A stretch of DNA of 32,000 nucleotides from Synechocystis sp. PCC 6803 substr. PCC-P (lineage in GTDB: Bacteria; Cyanobacteriota; Cyanobacteriia; Cyanobacteriales; Microcystaceae). The translations under genes were made by a program, and so were the position numbers. Numbering within the stretch: the first letter of the stretch is position 1; every line of letters starts with the position of its first letter. The notes below the pieces were generated by a model. That model saw only the letters and a program-made list of their open reading frames with translations. It ran no database searches and had not been told where the DNA came from. Where the stretch lies: positions 1,140,001 through 1,172,000 of the forward strand of contig NC_017039.1 in the NCBI RefSeq assembly GCF_000284455.1. The letters run 5' to 3'. This document shows positions 30,826 through 32,000 of the stretch, one piece after another.

Positions 30826-32000
30826 ATGGCTGCCTCTACCCAGACTCCGGCGATCGCCGTTGACTCGAACGGTTTTACACATTTAGTTTGGAACCAAAAT
30901 AACGTCATTTACCACGCCTACTACGACCCTTCTGTCGGGCGGTGGCGGGAATCTGCTCCGATCGCCAATAGTGTCAGTGCCAAAGAACTTAAAATTACCA
31001 CAGGAGTACGAAGCCAAGGGGAAGAAACAGGAAGTTCCGTAGAGGGGATTTTTATTTCTTGGATCGAAGGAGAAGGAAATAACAGCGATATTCATGGCGC
31101 TAGCGGCATTCTCAATAGCCTAGGGCAATATAACTGGGGCCAAACATTCAAGCTCACCGATGACGCAGTGAGTGATGAAAATATGCGGTTGCAGACCACT
31201 GCCGACGGTAATCTGCTCCTAATCACCGAAAAAATTGACTTAGATGATCCCCAAGCTGACAGAGATTTATACAGCCAAGTCATAGACCTCAGAAACCGAG
31301 AAACACTCCATAACACCCTCACCCAGGTCAAGCCTCTCAATCCCAGTAATTTTATTGCTCCCAATGCTTCCCCCACCTTGGCCCTCGGAGATGGAGATAT
31401 ACAAGTTCCAGGAACTTTTTTAATCACGAAAGAAAACAAAAAAGAGTATCAACTTCCTTTATCTTTTTTTAACGGCAAATTGGAATTCAAAAATGCCCTT
31501 GCCCTAGGGGGGGGGATCAACTTTACGAACCTGATTAATTCGGGTGATCCAGGGCTATCTGCTTTTTTGCAACTGCAGGATGAACTGTCCGGGGCACTGA
31601 GCTTCGGTAAAAACAAGGTTTCCCTCAAAGGTCGTCTACAGGGGAAACTCCAACTAGATTTTTTACTTAACGGGGATGGCAATACTTTTTCTGCATCCGA
31701 TGCCCTGAGGCTCAGGGGAGAATACGAACGTAATTTATTACCAGGGAAAACCACCTATGACATTGGTTTTTCTGTAGGTGGAGTTCCGATTTCTCTCCTC
31801 GATGCTGAAGTTCAGTTGGGATTGCTTTTTGATTTGGCTTTTACGCTCAAACAAAAATGGAGTACAGATTTTGATCTTACCCCCCAAGCCCTAGTCACGG
31901 GGGGATCAACCCTAGCTGAAACTCAGACAGAAAATACAACTGTTGAATATTGGTATTCCTTGGTGCGGGCTGATGGCACTCCGGCCCAGCCTGGAGATGA
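30826..32000 (+). CDS. N-terminal part of a large, probably surface or extracellular protein; 3' end outside window
   Basis: Open from ATG 30826 (MAASTQTPAIAVDSNGFTHLVWNQNNVIYHAYYDPSVGRWRESAPIANSV...) to the window edge (...YWYSLVRADGTPAQPGD). Not in ORF track, probably because it has no stop in the window. Nearest upstream in-frame stop is TAA 30730-30732. Confidence 0.75.
   Translation, partial: MAASTQTPAIAVDSNGFTHLVWNQNNVIYHAYYDPSVGRWRESAPIANSVSAKELKITTGVRSQGEETGSSVEGIFISWIEGEGNNSDIHGASGILNSLGQYNWGQTFKLTDDAVSDENMRLQTTADGNLLLITEKIDLDDPQADRDLYSQVIDLRNRETLHNTLTQVKPLNPSNFIAPNASPTLALGDGDIQVPGTFLITKENKKEYQLPLSFFNGKLEFKNALALGGGINFTNLINSGDPGLSAFLQLQDELSGALSFGKNKVSLKGRLQGKLQLDFLLNGDGNTFSASDALRLRGEYERNLLPGKTTYDIGFSVGGVPISLLDAEVQLGLLFDLAFTLKQKWSTDFDLTPQALVTGGSTLAETQTENTTVEYWYSLVRADGTPAQPGD

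Noticed and set aside
30883-31754. Three minus-strand ORFs (30883..31095, 31092..31439, 31449..31754)
   Set aside because: Serine/leucine-rich shadow translations opposite the large + strand ORF starting at 30826.

Overview
This window is chromosomal DNA from a Synechocystis-like cyanobacterium (PCC 6803/6714 lineage by protein resemblance; species not proven). It is rich in the HIP1 octamer GCGATCGC. It carries mostly housekeeping and photosynthesis genes: the RqcH/NFACT C-terminus, nspC, hliC, an LptF/G permease, an LCP protein, gap1, a Uma2 nuclease, aat, lipA, an aldo/keto reductase, fabG-pabC, an ABC1 kinase, a retropepsin-like protein, uvrC, an AMIN-type amidase, a JAMM peptidase, a site-2 protease-like protein, murQ, a DUF3110 protein, petC-petA, psbH/psbN, a YCII protein, a secreted WD40-like protein, a TRAP-type binding protein, and the start of a large surface-type ORF. 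I saw no CRISPR array, transposon, phage island or rRNA/tRNA gene. I found no convincing new multi-gene system. The best leads are: an in-frame TGA splitting the ABC1/AarF kinase; a full match to the HLR1 (RpaB) motif upstream of hliC; two tiny unlisted ORFs (49 and 31 codons); an orphan TRAP binding protein paired with a predicted secreted beta-propeller; and a large ORF running off the right edge that the ORF track omits.
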